This document shows, piece after piece, positions 1-6,647 of a stretch of 29,552 nucleotides of DNA (position 1 is its first letter; each line of letters starts with the position of its first letter). The stretch lies in the IMG/VR virus record IMGVR_UViG_3300008452_005759, one strand, 5' to 3'. The notes under the pieces were generated by a model. That model was not told the origin of the DNA. It was given only the letters and a program-made list of their open reading frames with translations, and made no database searches. Source of the stretch: a virus. The position numbers and the translations under genes are program-made.

Positions 1-795
1 GCTGCAACATATTCTAATTCTAATGTAGTTACTGATTTTTCTAATATCAATATACTTACTACATTAGCAGCTCCTGGTCATAACATTAACTCTGCCAAAC
101 TTCTTGGATCTTATGGATCAGCATCAGGGACATCAATGGCTTCTCCATTTATTACTGGTGCCTTTGCTCTACATAGATCAGTTTACGGAGTTAAACCTGT
201 TGACGAAGTAGTTAATATTTTTAAAGCTAATTCTCAAATCGCAAAAGATAATTATACTAATATTTCTATTCCAAGAATTCATCTTTCCAATGTCTTTACT
301 GGAACTCCTGTTCCTACCACATCAACTACTTCAACTTCTACCACATCTACTATTCCTGTTACCACTACTACTGTCCCCACTACATCAACTACAATTCGTT
401 ATAATCCTCCTATTTCTACTACAACTACTACACTTCCTAAGTATGTTTTTATTCCCAAACCACTTCTTTTAGAAGTTAATGGTCTTCCTAAGACTTATGT
501 TTGGATTAAGTACAGAGACCCATATATGAACAAGTCTTACATATCTCATTATGTTTTGACTTGCAATGGAATTAATCAATACACTATTCCTGTACAAACT
601 ATGTATTCTCTTCATTCTTATAAATTAAATGTTCCTGCTTCTTCTATTGACTACTGTTACATGCAAGCCGTTGCTACTAACGGTAGCAAAACATTTCCCA
701 CTACTGTAAAATATATTTATCCTAAGAATAGAATTTCATCAATATCATCTATTGATAAAAACAAAAAGAAGAAAAATGTTAAGTCTAACAAATAA
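1..795 (+). CDS. Subtilisin-like (peptidase S8) serine protease, C-terminal part; the 5' end lies outside the window
   Basis: Frame 1 is open from base 1. The translation ...LAAPGHNINSAKLLGSYGSASGTSMASPFITGAFALH carries the subtilase catalytic-Ser signature GTSMAsP preceded by APG. A Thr/Ser-rich linker and a ~115-aa C-terminal domain follow. Stop at 793-795. Confidence 0.8.
   Translation, partial: AATYSNSNVVTDFSNINILTTLAAPGHNINSAKLLGSYGSASGTSMASPFITGAFALHRSVYGVKPVDEVVNIFKANSQIAKDNYTNISIPRIHLSNVFTGTPVPTTSTTSTSTTSTIPVTTTTVPTTSTTIRYNPPISTTTTTLPKYVFIPKPLLLEVNGLPKTYVWIKYRDPYMNKSYISHYVLTCNGINQYTIPVQTMYSLHSYKLNVPASSIDYCYMQAVATNGSKTFPTTVKYIYPKNRISSISSIDKNKKKKNVKSNK
298..438 (+). repeat. Low-complexity ACN/TCN codon tract encoding a poly-Thr/Ser/Pro linker inside the S8 protease gene
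   Basis: Translation is TGTPVPTTSTTSTSTTSTIPVTTTTVPTTSTTIRYNPPISTTTTTLP. It is imperfectly repetitive and coding, with no spacer/repeat architecture. Confidence 0.7.
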
Positions 796-1132
796 TCTAA
801 ATGAAACAGTATATTCTATATTACTTCCTGTTTTTTCCTCACCAGAGTTATTAAATAAAAACGAATCTGAATTAATATCATATACTTTTTCTGATACATC
901 TAATTTATATAATTTAAATCTTAATGATCAATATACAATGATTGTATCTTTAAATAATTTTTTTTCTTATGATTTTGCAAATCACTTTGCTACAGCTTTT
1001 TATAGATTATATACAAATAAATATAGAAAAATATTATATGGTCCTGTTTTAATTATTTCTAAAGAAGAACCACATCTTATACCTTATCTTTTACTTGAAG
1101 AAATAAACTCATTAATGAAAACTTTTAAATGA
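776..1132 (+). CDS. Hypothetical protein
   Basis: This is the first ATG of the ORF; the track start at 752 is TTG. It overlaps the stop of the upstream gene. No recognisable motif. Confidence 0.45.
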   Translation: MLSLTNNLNETVYSILLPVFSSPELLNKNESELISYTFSDTSNLYNLNLNDQYTMIVSLNNFFSYDFANHFATAFYRLYTNKYRKILYGPVLIISKEEPHLIPYLLLEEINSLMKTFK

Positions 1133-1290
1133 AAAAACAAACTGTTAAAATACAAAAAACAAGAAAAACCTCTGCAACATGCCATGACTGTGGAGTTGTT
1201 TCTAGGGAGGTAAATAAATCAATCAAATATAATCTCTCTCTTTGTATGACATGTTTACAAGAGAGAATAATTTCCGATCTAAAGGATTAA
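1129..1290 (+). CDS. Small zinc-ribbon-like protein (53 aa)
   Basis: ATGA overlap with the previous stop. Translation MKKQTVKIQKTRKTSATCHDCGVVSREVNKSIKYNLSLCMTCLQERIISDLKD has two CxxC pairs. It is below the ORF-track length cutoff. Confidence 0.4.
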   Translation: MKKQTVKIQKTRKTSATCHDCGVVSREVNKSIKYNLSLCMTCLQERIISDLKD

Positions 1291-1293
1291 AAT

Positions 1294-1557
1294 ATGTCAC
1301 TTTCAATTACCCTCACAGCAGAAGATACTAATAAGCTTATTGACACAGCTAATATGTTAGACTTTTTATTTTCAATTTTAGGTTCTAACGACACTCTTAG
1401 TTTTGCTGCTAATGAAAAACTATCTATTAATTATGTTCCAGAAGAGATTCAGGAACTTTCTTCTTGGTACAAGAATATCATTCATGTAATTCGTAATGCG
1501 AATTATGATGTTGATCTCTCTTCTGACCAGGATTATTTAAATTCTCTTACAGTATAA
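1294..1557 (+). CDS. Hypothetical protein
   Basis: ATG preceded by AAGGA. 87 aa with no recognisable motif. Confidence 0.55.
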   Translation: MSLSITLTAEDTNKLIDTANMLDFLFSILGSNDTLSFAANEKLSINYVPEEIQELSSWYKNIIHVIRNANYDVDLSSDQDYLNSLTV

Positions 1558-1563
1558 CCTAAT

Positions 1564-1647
1564 GCCCGAGTGGCGGAATAGGCAGACGCAGGGGGCTTAA
1601 ACCCCCCGGATCGCAAGATCTTACCGGTTCAAGTCCGGTCTCGGGTA
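1564..1647 (+). tRNA. tRNA-Leu (anticodon UAA), class II with long variable arm
   Basis: Acceptor GCCCGAG/CTCGGGT. Anticodon stem GGGGG/CCCCC with loop CTTAAAC. Variable arm GGATCgcaaGATC. T arm ACCGG-TTCAAGT-CCGGT. No encoded CCA. Confidence 0.9.
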
Positions 1648-1666
1648 CTATCAGAAAGATATATTC

Positions 1667-1861
1667 ATGGATTCAGAATCTTTATCCGATAGATATGCTA
1701 GACTACAAGTGTTAGGAATGTTAGCTCCTATAGGTGAATGTGATTATTGTGATCGCATTCGAGAACAAAAAGCAAAAACATTTCCTTCTCATAAGCCCTA
1801 TGATTTTTGCCGTTCTTATAAAGGCGGAAGAAATCATTGCACGTGTGATACGTGCTTTTAG
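1667..1861 (+). CDS. Small Cys-rich hypothetical protein
   Basis: 64 aa, with CDYC...C...HCTCDTCF at the C-terminus. Confidence 0.5.
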   Translation: MDSESLSDRYARLQVLGMLAPIGECDYCDRIREQKAKTFPSHKPYDFCRSYKGGRNHCTCDTCF

Positions 1862-1876
1862 TAGAAAGAAAAAATA

Positions 1877-2356
1877 ATGTCAGAACAATTCATTCCACAT
1901 CCTCCTTCTCCCCCAGAGAAGAAAGAGACTGTAACTTTTAATAAGAAGAATCTTGCTATTGCATTTCTTGCAGTATCAATTTTTATTCTTATTCTTGCTA
2001 TTGTAATTCCATCAAGCAATAGTTCATCTCCTGTAACAACTGATGCTCCTGCTCCAGTAGTTACTAATCCTCCATATACACCTCCTGCTGAGAACAAGTA
2101 TGATCAGTATATGGATCATGTTCTTAATAATTCAGGACAGGCTAATACTTGGAGTAAAGCTGATGTCATTGAATTTGGTGACCTTGTATGCGGAGCTCTT
2201 GATAATGGAAATTCAGTTCGTCAAGTAGTTAATCTTCTTGAAGGTTATGCTAAGTCTTCTAGCGATGTTGAGTTCTTTGCTTCAGTAGCTTTTGGTGCTA
2301 TTACTTATATTTGTCCAGAATACAAGTCTGATCTTAATTCTTATTTAAATAGCTAG
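1877..2356 (+). CDS. Membrane-anchored hypothetical protein
   Basis: N-terminal hydrophobic helix LAIAFLAVSIFILILAIVIP, then a Pro/Thr-rich linker, then a ~85-aa helical-looking domain with two Cys (LVCGAL...YICPEY). Confidence 0.6.
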   Translation: MSEQFIPHPPSPPEKKETVTFNKKNLAIAFLAVSIFILILAIVIPSSNSSSPVTTDAPAPVVTNPPYTPPAENKYDQYMDHVLNNSGQANTWSKADVIEFGDLVCGALDNGNSVRQVVNLLEGYAKSSSDVEFFASVAFGAITYICPEYKSDLNSYLNS

Positions 2357-2358
2357 TT

Positions 2359-2445
2359 ATGATTAGTACACCTCAAGCTGTTATTCTTTTTGCTTGTGCA
2401 TTTTCTATTGGTTTATGGCTAGGAACTACCTTGGGATGTCTTTAA
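2359..2445 (+). CDS. Possible 28-aa hydrophobic micro-protein
   Basis: MISTPQAVILFACAFSIGLWLGTTLGCL exactly fills the gap between neighbouring genes. Its stop directly abuts the next ATG. Confidence 0.3.
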   Translation: MISTPQAVILFACAFSIGLWLGTTLGCL

Positions 2446-2682
2446 ATGAAATCTAAAGTTTTAGCATTCATCAAAGGATTTGATTATGCTGTTAAGCATA
2501 ATGCTATTCTGGAAGATCATCATTTTCATACTCTGCCAGGAGCATCTTGGCATGATAGAGACACTCAAAATTTATATCGTAAGTCAATTCGATTTGGCCG
2601 TAAATACATGCAGTATAGGTATGAGATACTAGCTCTTACTGTTATTGTTTTTACAACTTTGTTATTCATGTTTACATGGTGA
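2446..2682 (+). CDS. Hypothetical protein with C-terminal hydrophobic helix
   Basis: 78 aa; C-terminus is ILALTVIVFTTLLFMFTW. Confidence 0.5.
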   Translation: MKSKVLAFIKGFDYAVKHNAILEDHHFHTLPGASWHDRDTQNLYRKSIRFGRKYMQYRYEILALTVIVFTTLLFMFTW

Positions 2683-2689
2683 CAAGCTT

Positions 2690-2762
2690 TCCCAGATAGC
2701 TCAGTTGGCAGAGCTACGGACTGTTAATCCGTTGGTCGTAGGTTCGAGCCCTACTCTGGGAG
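2690..2762 (+). tRNA. tRNA-Asn (anticodon GUU)
   Basis: Cloverleaf readable by hand. Acceptor TCCCAGA/TCTGGGA, D arm GCTC..GAGC, anticodon stem ACGGA/TCCGT with loop CTGTTAA, T arm GTAGG-TTCGAGC-CCTAC. Confidence 0.9.
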
Positions 2763-2764
2763 CT

Positions 2765-3022
2765 ATGAAAAATATTCAACCTGATCAAAACGATTATTGT
2801 GTTGACTGCAAAGTTGACACTCTCCTTATAGGAGAATACTACATGGTACACCACTCTGTTTGGGAAGATACTGGCCTTGGCCTTTATGATGGAATGCTTT
2901 GCATTTCTTGTCTTGAAAAAAGAATAAGCAGGCAGCTTACATCAGAAGATTTTTCTAATTTTCCAATTAACACAGATCCTTTGTTTAGATCTGATCTGCT
3001 TATTTCAAGGATGACAAAATGA
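2765..3022 (+). CDS. Small Cys-containing hypothetical protein
   Basis: The ATG lies 2 nt after the tRNA-Asn discriminator. The track ORF start at 2645 would read through the tRNA. Translation MKNIQPDQNDYCVDCKV...LCISCLEKRISRQL has two CxxC pairs. Confidence 0.6.
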   Translation: MKNIQPDQNDYCVDCKVDTLLIGEYYMVHHSVWEDTGLGLYDGMLCISCLEKRISRQLTSEDFSNFPINTDPLFRSDLLISRMTK

Positions 3023-3231
3023 ATACTTCTGAAATTATTAAAGAATCATTTTATCTTTTAGGAAAAAGAGTTCAGCTCATTTATACAAACGACGAATACA
3101 CAAACCTTAGGTCTGGTGATCTTGGTACAATAAACTTTATTGATGATTCTGGAACCGTATTTGTAAATTGGGATAATGGATCTAAACTTGGCCTTATTCC
3201 AGGTATTGATAAATGGAAAATTGTTTATTAA
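3019..3231 (+). CDS. Small hypothetical protein, DUF4314-like by motif memory
   Basis: ATGA overlap with the upstream gene. The motif LRSGDLGTINFIDDSGTVFVNWDNGSKLGLIPGIDKW resembles the G.V..iDd.G...V.WDNGs.L.l..g.D pattern. Confidence 0.5.
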   Translation: MNTSEIIKESFYLLGKRVQLIYTNDEYTNLRSGDLGTINFIDDSGTVFVNWDNGSKLGLIPGIDKWKIVY

Positions 3232-3311
3232 TGAAATCAATATTTCTTAATCTCATCATAGCTGCTGTAGTAGTTTATTCTTTTGATTTTATAAAAAGAA
3301 AGTATTTTTAA
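3231..3311 (+). CDS. Possible 26-aa hydrophobic micro-protein
   Basis: TAATG overlap. Translation MKSIFLNLIIAAVVVYSFDFIKRKYF. Confidence 0.3.
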   Translation: MKSIFLNLIIAAVVVYSFDFIKRKYF

Positions 3312-3312
3312 T

Positions 3313-3552
3313 ATGTATATGAAATTACATTCTAAACCAAAACTTGATGTTATTGCCCACACACTTACTCGTTGTGGTATAACTTTATGGCATGGCATTC
3401 CAGAGCAAATTGTTAAAGATCTTCATACCGCTGGTTATAAAATTAAAAAGCGTAAAAACTTTAAGGATATTGCTCAACAAGTTGATCCACGTAGAATTGT
3501 TCCTGGAAAACTTAAATCTCAACACGAATCTGAAAGCGACATATATCTTTAA
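3313..3552 (+). CDS. Hypothetical protein
   Basis: 79 aa, basic, no recognisable motif. Confidence 0.5.
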   Translation: MYMKLHSKPKLDVIAHTLTRCGITLWHGIPEQIVKDLHTAGYKIKKRKNFKDIAQQVDPRRIVPGKLKSQHESESDIYL

Positions 3553-3692
3553 TGCTTGTTTATGTAATTACTGCAATTGGTGCTCTATGGGGTATTCTTA
3601 CTCTTATTGGAATTCGAGAAGATGATAAGTATATTAAAGAACTTGTTCAATCTGCTCGCAATGCAACAAGAGAATCTCACGGATCAGAATAA
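3552..3692 (+). CDS. Possible 46-aa single-pass membrane protein
   Basis: MLVYVITAIGALWGILTLIGIREDDKYIKELVQSARNATRESHGSE. It is coupled to both flanking genes by 1-nt overlaps. This reading is preferred over the overlapping track ORF 3392-3625. Confidence 0.35.
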   Translation: MLVYVITAIGALWGILTLIGIREDDKYIKELVQSARNATRESHGSE

Positions 3693-3784
3693 TGTCTGAT
3701 TTTGATGCTCTTATTTGTTCCTTTGTTACAATATTCTTTATAGGTTTTGCTTTCTATAAACTTGAAAAAAAGTTTAAAGATTAA
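3692..3784 (+). CDS. Possible 30-aa hydrophobic micro-protein
   Basis: MSDFDALICSFVTIFFIGFAFYKLEKKFKD, with a TAATG-type junction. Confidence 0.3.
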   Translation: MSDFDALICSFVTIFFIGFAFYKLEKKFKD

Positions 3785-3790
3785 CCAATC

Positions 3791-3863
3791 GGGTCTTTAG
3801 CTCAGTTGGTAGAGCAGTGGACTTTTAATCCATTGGTCGTGGGTTCGAGCCCCACAGGACCCA
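3791..3863 (+). tRNA. tRNA-Lys (anticodon UUU)
   Basis: Acceptor GGGTCTT/AGGACCC, anticodon stem GTGGA/TCCAT with loop CTTTTAA, T arm GTGGG-TTCGAGC-CCCAC. Confidence 0.9.
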
Positions 3864-3865
3864 CT

Positions 3866-4135
3866 ATGAATAATGAATTAAATTTAGACAACAACCTTAT
3901 GATTGGCGATACAGTAGGAACTCCATCTCGAACTGTTATCTCTTGTACTAAGAAATACGATAGAGTTCCTGGAGACACTTACGCTACTTGGACTGCTATA
4001 TGTGTGGATGAAACACAAAGACACCCTTATGTAGTGTGGACTATAGTTGCTAGACCAGAAGGATTTTCGGCTTATAATGGAACTTACTGCACTACACTTA
4101 TGGATGCTGTCCATCACTATAATAAAAGAAAGTAA
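3866..4135 (+). CDS. Hypothetical protein
   Basis: The ATG lies 2 nt after the tRNA-Lys discriminator. The track start at 3806 (TTG) lies inside the tRNA. Confidence 0.6.
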   Translation: MNNELNLDNNLMIGDTVGTPSRTVISCTKKYDRVPGDTYATWTAICVDETQRHPYVVWTIVARPEGFSAYNGTYCTTLMDAVHHYNKRK

Positions 4136-4140
4136 TACTT

Positions 4141-4341
4141 ATGAAAGTTAAACTTATTGTTGAGATAGATGCTGATATTCCTGGTGAATTCCAAGATGAC
4201 AAATTAGCTACAACTCTTTTAGATCAAGAGATTAGAGATCTTCTTTCTGTAGATGTTTTCTACGATAAATACGATCAACCATCAGTAATGTTTGATGCTA
4301 TGAAAATTGTTGAATATATTCCAGGAGCAGGTAAACTATAA
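4141..4341 (+). CDS. Hypothetical acidic protein
   Basis: 66 aa, no recognisable motif. Confidence 0.55.
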   Translation: MKVKLIVEIDADIPGEFQDDKLATTLLDQEIRDLLSVDVFYDKYDQPSVMFDAMKIVEYIPGAGKL

Positions 4342-4475
4342 TGACACCTACCGAATTAGAAGAGCGGTCTCTGCCTTCTTCTACTGAATCAGACACAGAA
4401 GCGGAAACTCCAAAATACCGTATTACTTTTGGTACTTTTACAATTCTTGCACCTAATCCAAACCAAGGAGATTAA
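4341..4475 (+). CDS. Possible 44-aa protein
   Basis: TAATG overlap. MTPTELEERSLPSSTESDTEAETPKYRITFGTFTILAPNPNQGD fills the gap exactly up to the next SD and ATG. Confidence 0.3.
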   Translation: MTPTELEERSLPSSTESDTEAETPKYRITFGTFTILAPNPNQGD

Positions 4476-4476
4476 A

Positions 4477-4977
4477 ATGTCTACTCCTATGCCAGACTAT
4501 GGTTTAACCTTTAATTCTTCATCTACTACTGCTTTACAGGTTGATACAAAATCTGCCGATAAGATTGCAGAACGTTTTTTAAAGCAGCAAATTTCAGATC
4601 CCAATTACAAACATGAGTTGAATGCAGCTCAGATTTGGGCTCTTAAAAAAGATGGTTCTTTTCATTTAGTAGCTGTTCATCCAGACGTTTATGAACTATT
4701 AAATGATCAATATAATTTTTCTACTTATGTTGGAGTTTTAGTTCACACTACTGGATGGGCTGCTCCGTTAGATGAAAATGGAGAAGTTTCAACTGCTCCT
4801 AGTAAGCACGAAATGCGTCGCAGAGTTGCTCTCGCTTCTTGTGTTACAAATGATTCTGTTGGATCTGCTTTGTCTTTTGCAGATGAGAAAGACATTGTTC
4901 TTGATCCCGGTTCTGCTACTGGATCTCTAGCTGATGCTCTCTTGTCATTCTGGGAAAACAATTCTATAGGTCTCTAA
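4477..4977 (+). CDS. Hypothetical protein
   Basis: ATG preceded by AAGGAG at good spacing. The track start at 4429 is an upstream TTG. Confidence 0.6.
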   Translation: MSTPMPDYGLTFNSSSTTALQVDTKSADKIAERFLKQQISDPNYKHELNAAQIWALKKDGSFHLVAVHPDVYELLNDQYNFSTYVGVLVHTTGWAAPLDENGEVSTAPSKHEMRRRVALASCVTNDSVGSALSFADEKDIVLDPGSATGSLADALLSFWENNSIGL

Positions 4978-4978
4978 T

Positions 4979-5173
4979 ATGTCTATTCCTGATTTTGATG
5001 ATCTTGATGAACGAACTCAAGAACAATATATTTTACAGTCTTTTGAATTGCTTGACGCAGACAACAGAGTTCCTTATGAGATAGCTACCGGTGATGAAGC
5101 AACTATCTATGAATATGATCCTATCATTGATCTAGCAAGATCAATCTATGAAGATTCTTTCGAAGATGATTAA
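4979..5173 (+). CDS. Hypothetical highly acidic protein
   Basis: 64 aa, rich in D and E. Confidence 0.55.
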   Translation: MSIPDFDDLDERTQEQYILQSFELLDADNRVPYEIATGDEATIYEYDPIIDLARSIYEDSFEDD

Positions 5174-5278
5174 TCTAAGACTGAGAGATTAGTATCATTT
5201 AAGAATGGGAGTTAACAGTCCCCATAAGTCCGTTTACCAATTTATCTGCCCCCAGACCAGATAAGGACAACTGTTTAC

Positions 5279-5352
5279 GGGCCTATAGCTCAGTTGGTTA
5301 GAGCATCGGACTCATAATCCGCCGGTCGCAGGTTCAAGTCCTGCTGGGCCCA
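5279..5352 (+). tRNA. tRNA with CAU anticodon (elongator Met or lysidine-type Ile2; not initiator-like)
   Basis: Acceptor GGGCCTA/TGGGCCC, anticodon loop CTCATAA, T arm GCAGG-TTCAAGT-CCTGC. The anticodon stem lacks the three consecutive G-C pairs typical of initiators, and position 1-72 is paired. Confidence 0.85.
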
Positions 5353-5354
5353 CT

Positions 5355-5531
5355 ATGAAATTCTATGATATATTTTATTTACTATATATAGCTATAACTC
5401 AATCTTTATTTGTTAAAGTATTTTTTTTAATAATTATATATGTTATTCAATATTTAAATACTCTTCCTAAAAAGAATTGGTATGGTTATGACGATGATCA
5501 AAAGGATTTTAAATGCCAAGATATAATTTAA
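5355..5531 (+). CDS. Possible 58-aa membrane protein
   Basis: The ATG lies 2 nt after the tRNA discriminator. Translation MKFYDIFYLLYIAITQSLFVKVFFLIIIYVIQYLNTLPKK... overlaps the next gene by 19 nt. Confidence 0.35.
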   Translation: MKFYDIFYLLYIAITQSLFVKVFFLIIIYVIQYLNTLPKKNWYGYDDDQKDFKCQDII

Positions 5532-5701
5532 ACAATGAAGATGTAGACATTATATTGGATGCTCTTCAAAATTATATTTTAAATACTAACTTTGAACACC
5601 GTCCCAATCAAATAATTTCTTTGAAAAAAAGATTACTTGCAAAAATTGAAGACAACAATATTGATGATGATGTTTGGGCTGTCTTTCAAGGAGATGAATA
5701 A
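5513..5701 (+). CDS. Hypothetical protein
   Basis: ATG preceded by AAAGGA. 62 aa. Confidence 0.55.
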   Translation: MPRYNLNNEDVDIILDALQNYILNTNFEHRPNQIISLKKRLLAKIEDNNIDDDVWAVFQGDE

Positions 5702-5952
5702 TGCCTTATATTAAACCAGAAGATCGTTTACACATTCTTGCTGACGAAAAACAAATCAGCACTGCTGGAGAATTAAATTATTTTATTTCCACTTTGATTA
5801 ATTGGTACCTTAATGAAAAAGGTAAGAGTTATTCTACCATCAATGAAGTTATTGGCGTACTAGAATGCGCTAAACTTGAACTTTATCGCAGAGTAGCTGC
5901 ACCATATGAAGACATCAAAATTGAAGAAAATGGAGATGTTTACACTATATGA
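5701..5952 (+). CDS. Hypothetical protein
   Basis: TAATG coupling. 83 aa, MPYIKPEDR...GELNYFISTL...LECAKLELYRRVAAPYEDIKIEENGDVY. I cannot name a family. Confidence 0.6.
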   Translation: MPYIKPEDRLHILADEKQISTAGELNYFISTLINWYLNEKGKSYSTINEVIGVLECAKLELYRRVAAPYEDIKIEENGDVYTI

Positions 5953-6173
5953 CCGCACCAGGCGTAAGAACTCATCGCAGTGTTGTAGACATTGTGGCTC
6001 AACGTGGATATGATAAAGTTCATAGCCTTGAAAAACGTCGCCAGCTTCTTGAGCAAAATAAAAACAGAGTTTGTGCTTTAGATTCTTGTAGCACTAAACT
6101 CTCTATGTACAATGATACAAACTTTTGTGCAATACATCAAAGAGGAAATATCCCTCTTCCTAAACATCTTTAA
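5949..6173 (+). CDS. Hypothetical protein with C-terminal Cys/His cluster
   Basis: ATGA overlap. The C-terminus reads CALDSCSTKLSMYNDTNFCAIH. Confidence 0.55.
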   Translation: MTAPGVRTHRSVVDIVAQRGYDKVHSLEKRRQLLEQNKNRVCALDSCSTKLSMYNDTNFCAIHQRGNIPLPKHL

Positions 6174-6176
6174 GGT

Positions 6177-6462
6177 TTAACCAGTAGCGTGTACGTAATC
6201 TTATATTTTGATTTCGGAACGGATACCAATAACTACACCAAGCACGTGGGCCTATATTCCCCGTAGTTACTACTGGTTAATTAGTTTGGTGGCACTGGCG
6301 CTTTGGGACATGTAGCGACAGTGTCACCATTTAATTTGGTAGCAGCTAGCAAGATTAGATACAATTACTACGTGGTCAAACACAGAAATAAGTCGGATCG
6401 AATCGCTAACGGAAAAGCAATGATGCTAGTGATCACATATTTGTCAGCATTGCCTGCTACCA
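6177..6462 (+). ncRNA. Candidate structured non-coding RNA (unclassified); strand assumed from context
   Basis: No credible ORF here, only a TTG-start 62-aa frame. The region is visibly GC-richer than its flanks. Helices read by hand are: 6177-6187 with 6270-6280 (11 perfect bp); 6288-6301 with 6315-6328 (14 positions, one G-U, one mismatch); 6337-6345 with 6454-6462 (9 perfect bp), which encloses 6417-6425 with 6445-6453 (8 of 9). It lies directly upstream of tRNA-Ile. Confidence 0.4.
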
Positions 6463-6538
6463 ACTCTTCTGCTATAATAAGGATATTATGATCTTAGATT
6501 TTCGAATATGCTCCCACTCTACTTATCCCGTATTTCAC

Positions 6539-6611
6539 GGGCTAGTAGCTCAGTGGTAAGAGCGCCATTCTTATAAAATGGTGGTCGCGGGTTCAATTCC
6601 CGCCTAGCCCA
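6539..6611 (+). tRNA. tRNA-Ile (anticodon UAU)
   Basis: Acceptor GGGCTAG/CTAGCCC, anticodon stem CCATT/AATGG with loop CTTATAA, T arm GCGGG-TTCAATT-CCCGC. Confidence 0.85.
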
Positions 6612-6647
6612 CTTAATCCAAAATAAAAACTATAGACTGGATACAAT

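Noticed and set aside
298-438. Repetitive tract considered as a tandem repeat or CRISPR-like array
   Set aside because: There are no unit repeats separated by unique spacers. It is in-frame poly-Thr/Ser coding sequence. I saw no CRISPR array anywhere in the window.
290-472. 60-aa alternative-frame ORF (L/F/Q-rich) inside the S8 protease gene
   Set aside because: It is a frame-shifted reading of the ACN/TCN low-complexity tract, so it is a shadow ORF.
1858-2097. Minus-strand 79-aa ORF
   Set aside because: It is antisense to the membrane-anchored protein gene 1877-2356, which has a coherent TM, linker and domain layout. The same reasoning applies to 3058-3240, 3884-4117, 4743-4961, 15453-15731, 15952-16149, 19889-20119, 20638-20829, 22865-23062, 24696-24884, 25482-25697, 26195-26392 and 26518-26703.
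2645-2764. Upstream extension of the 2765 gene (track start 2645); the same issue applies to 3806-3865 for the 3866 gene
   Set aside because: Both extensions are translations of tRNA-Asn and tRNA-Lys sequence (the peptides ...AQLAELRTVNPLVVGSSPT... and MVEQWTFNPLVVGSSPT). The real ATGs lie 2 nt after the tRNAs.
3392-3625. 77-aa + strand ORF overlapping 3313-3552
   Set aside because: It overlaps the better-placed 3313-3552 gene over most of its length. The remainder is better explained by the coupled 46-aa membrane ORF at 3552-3692.
6303-6491. 62-aa TTG-start ORF in the 6.2-6.5 kb gap
   Set aside because: It has no SD and a non-ATG start, and it runs through several strong RNA helices. The region is better explained as structured non-coding RNA.
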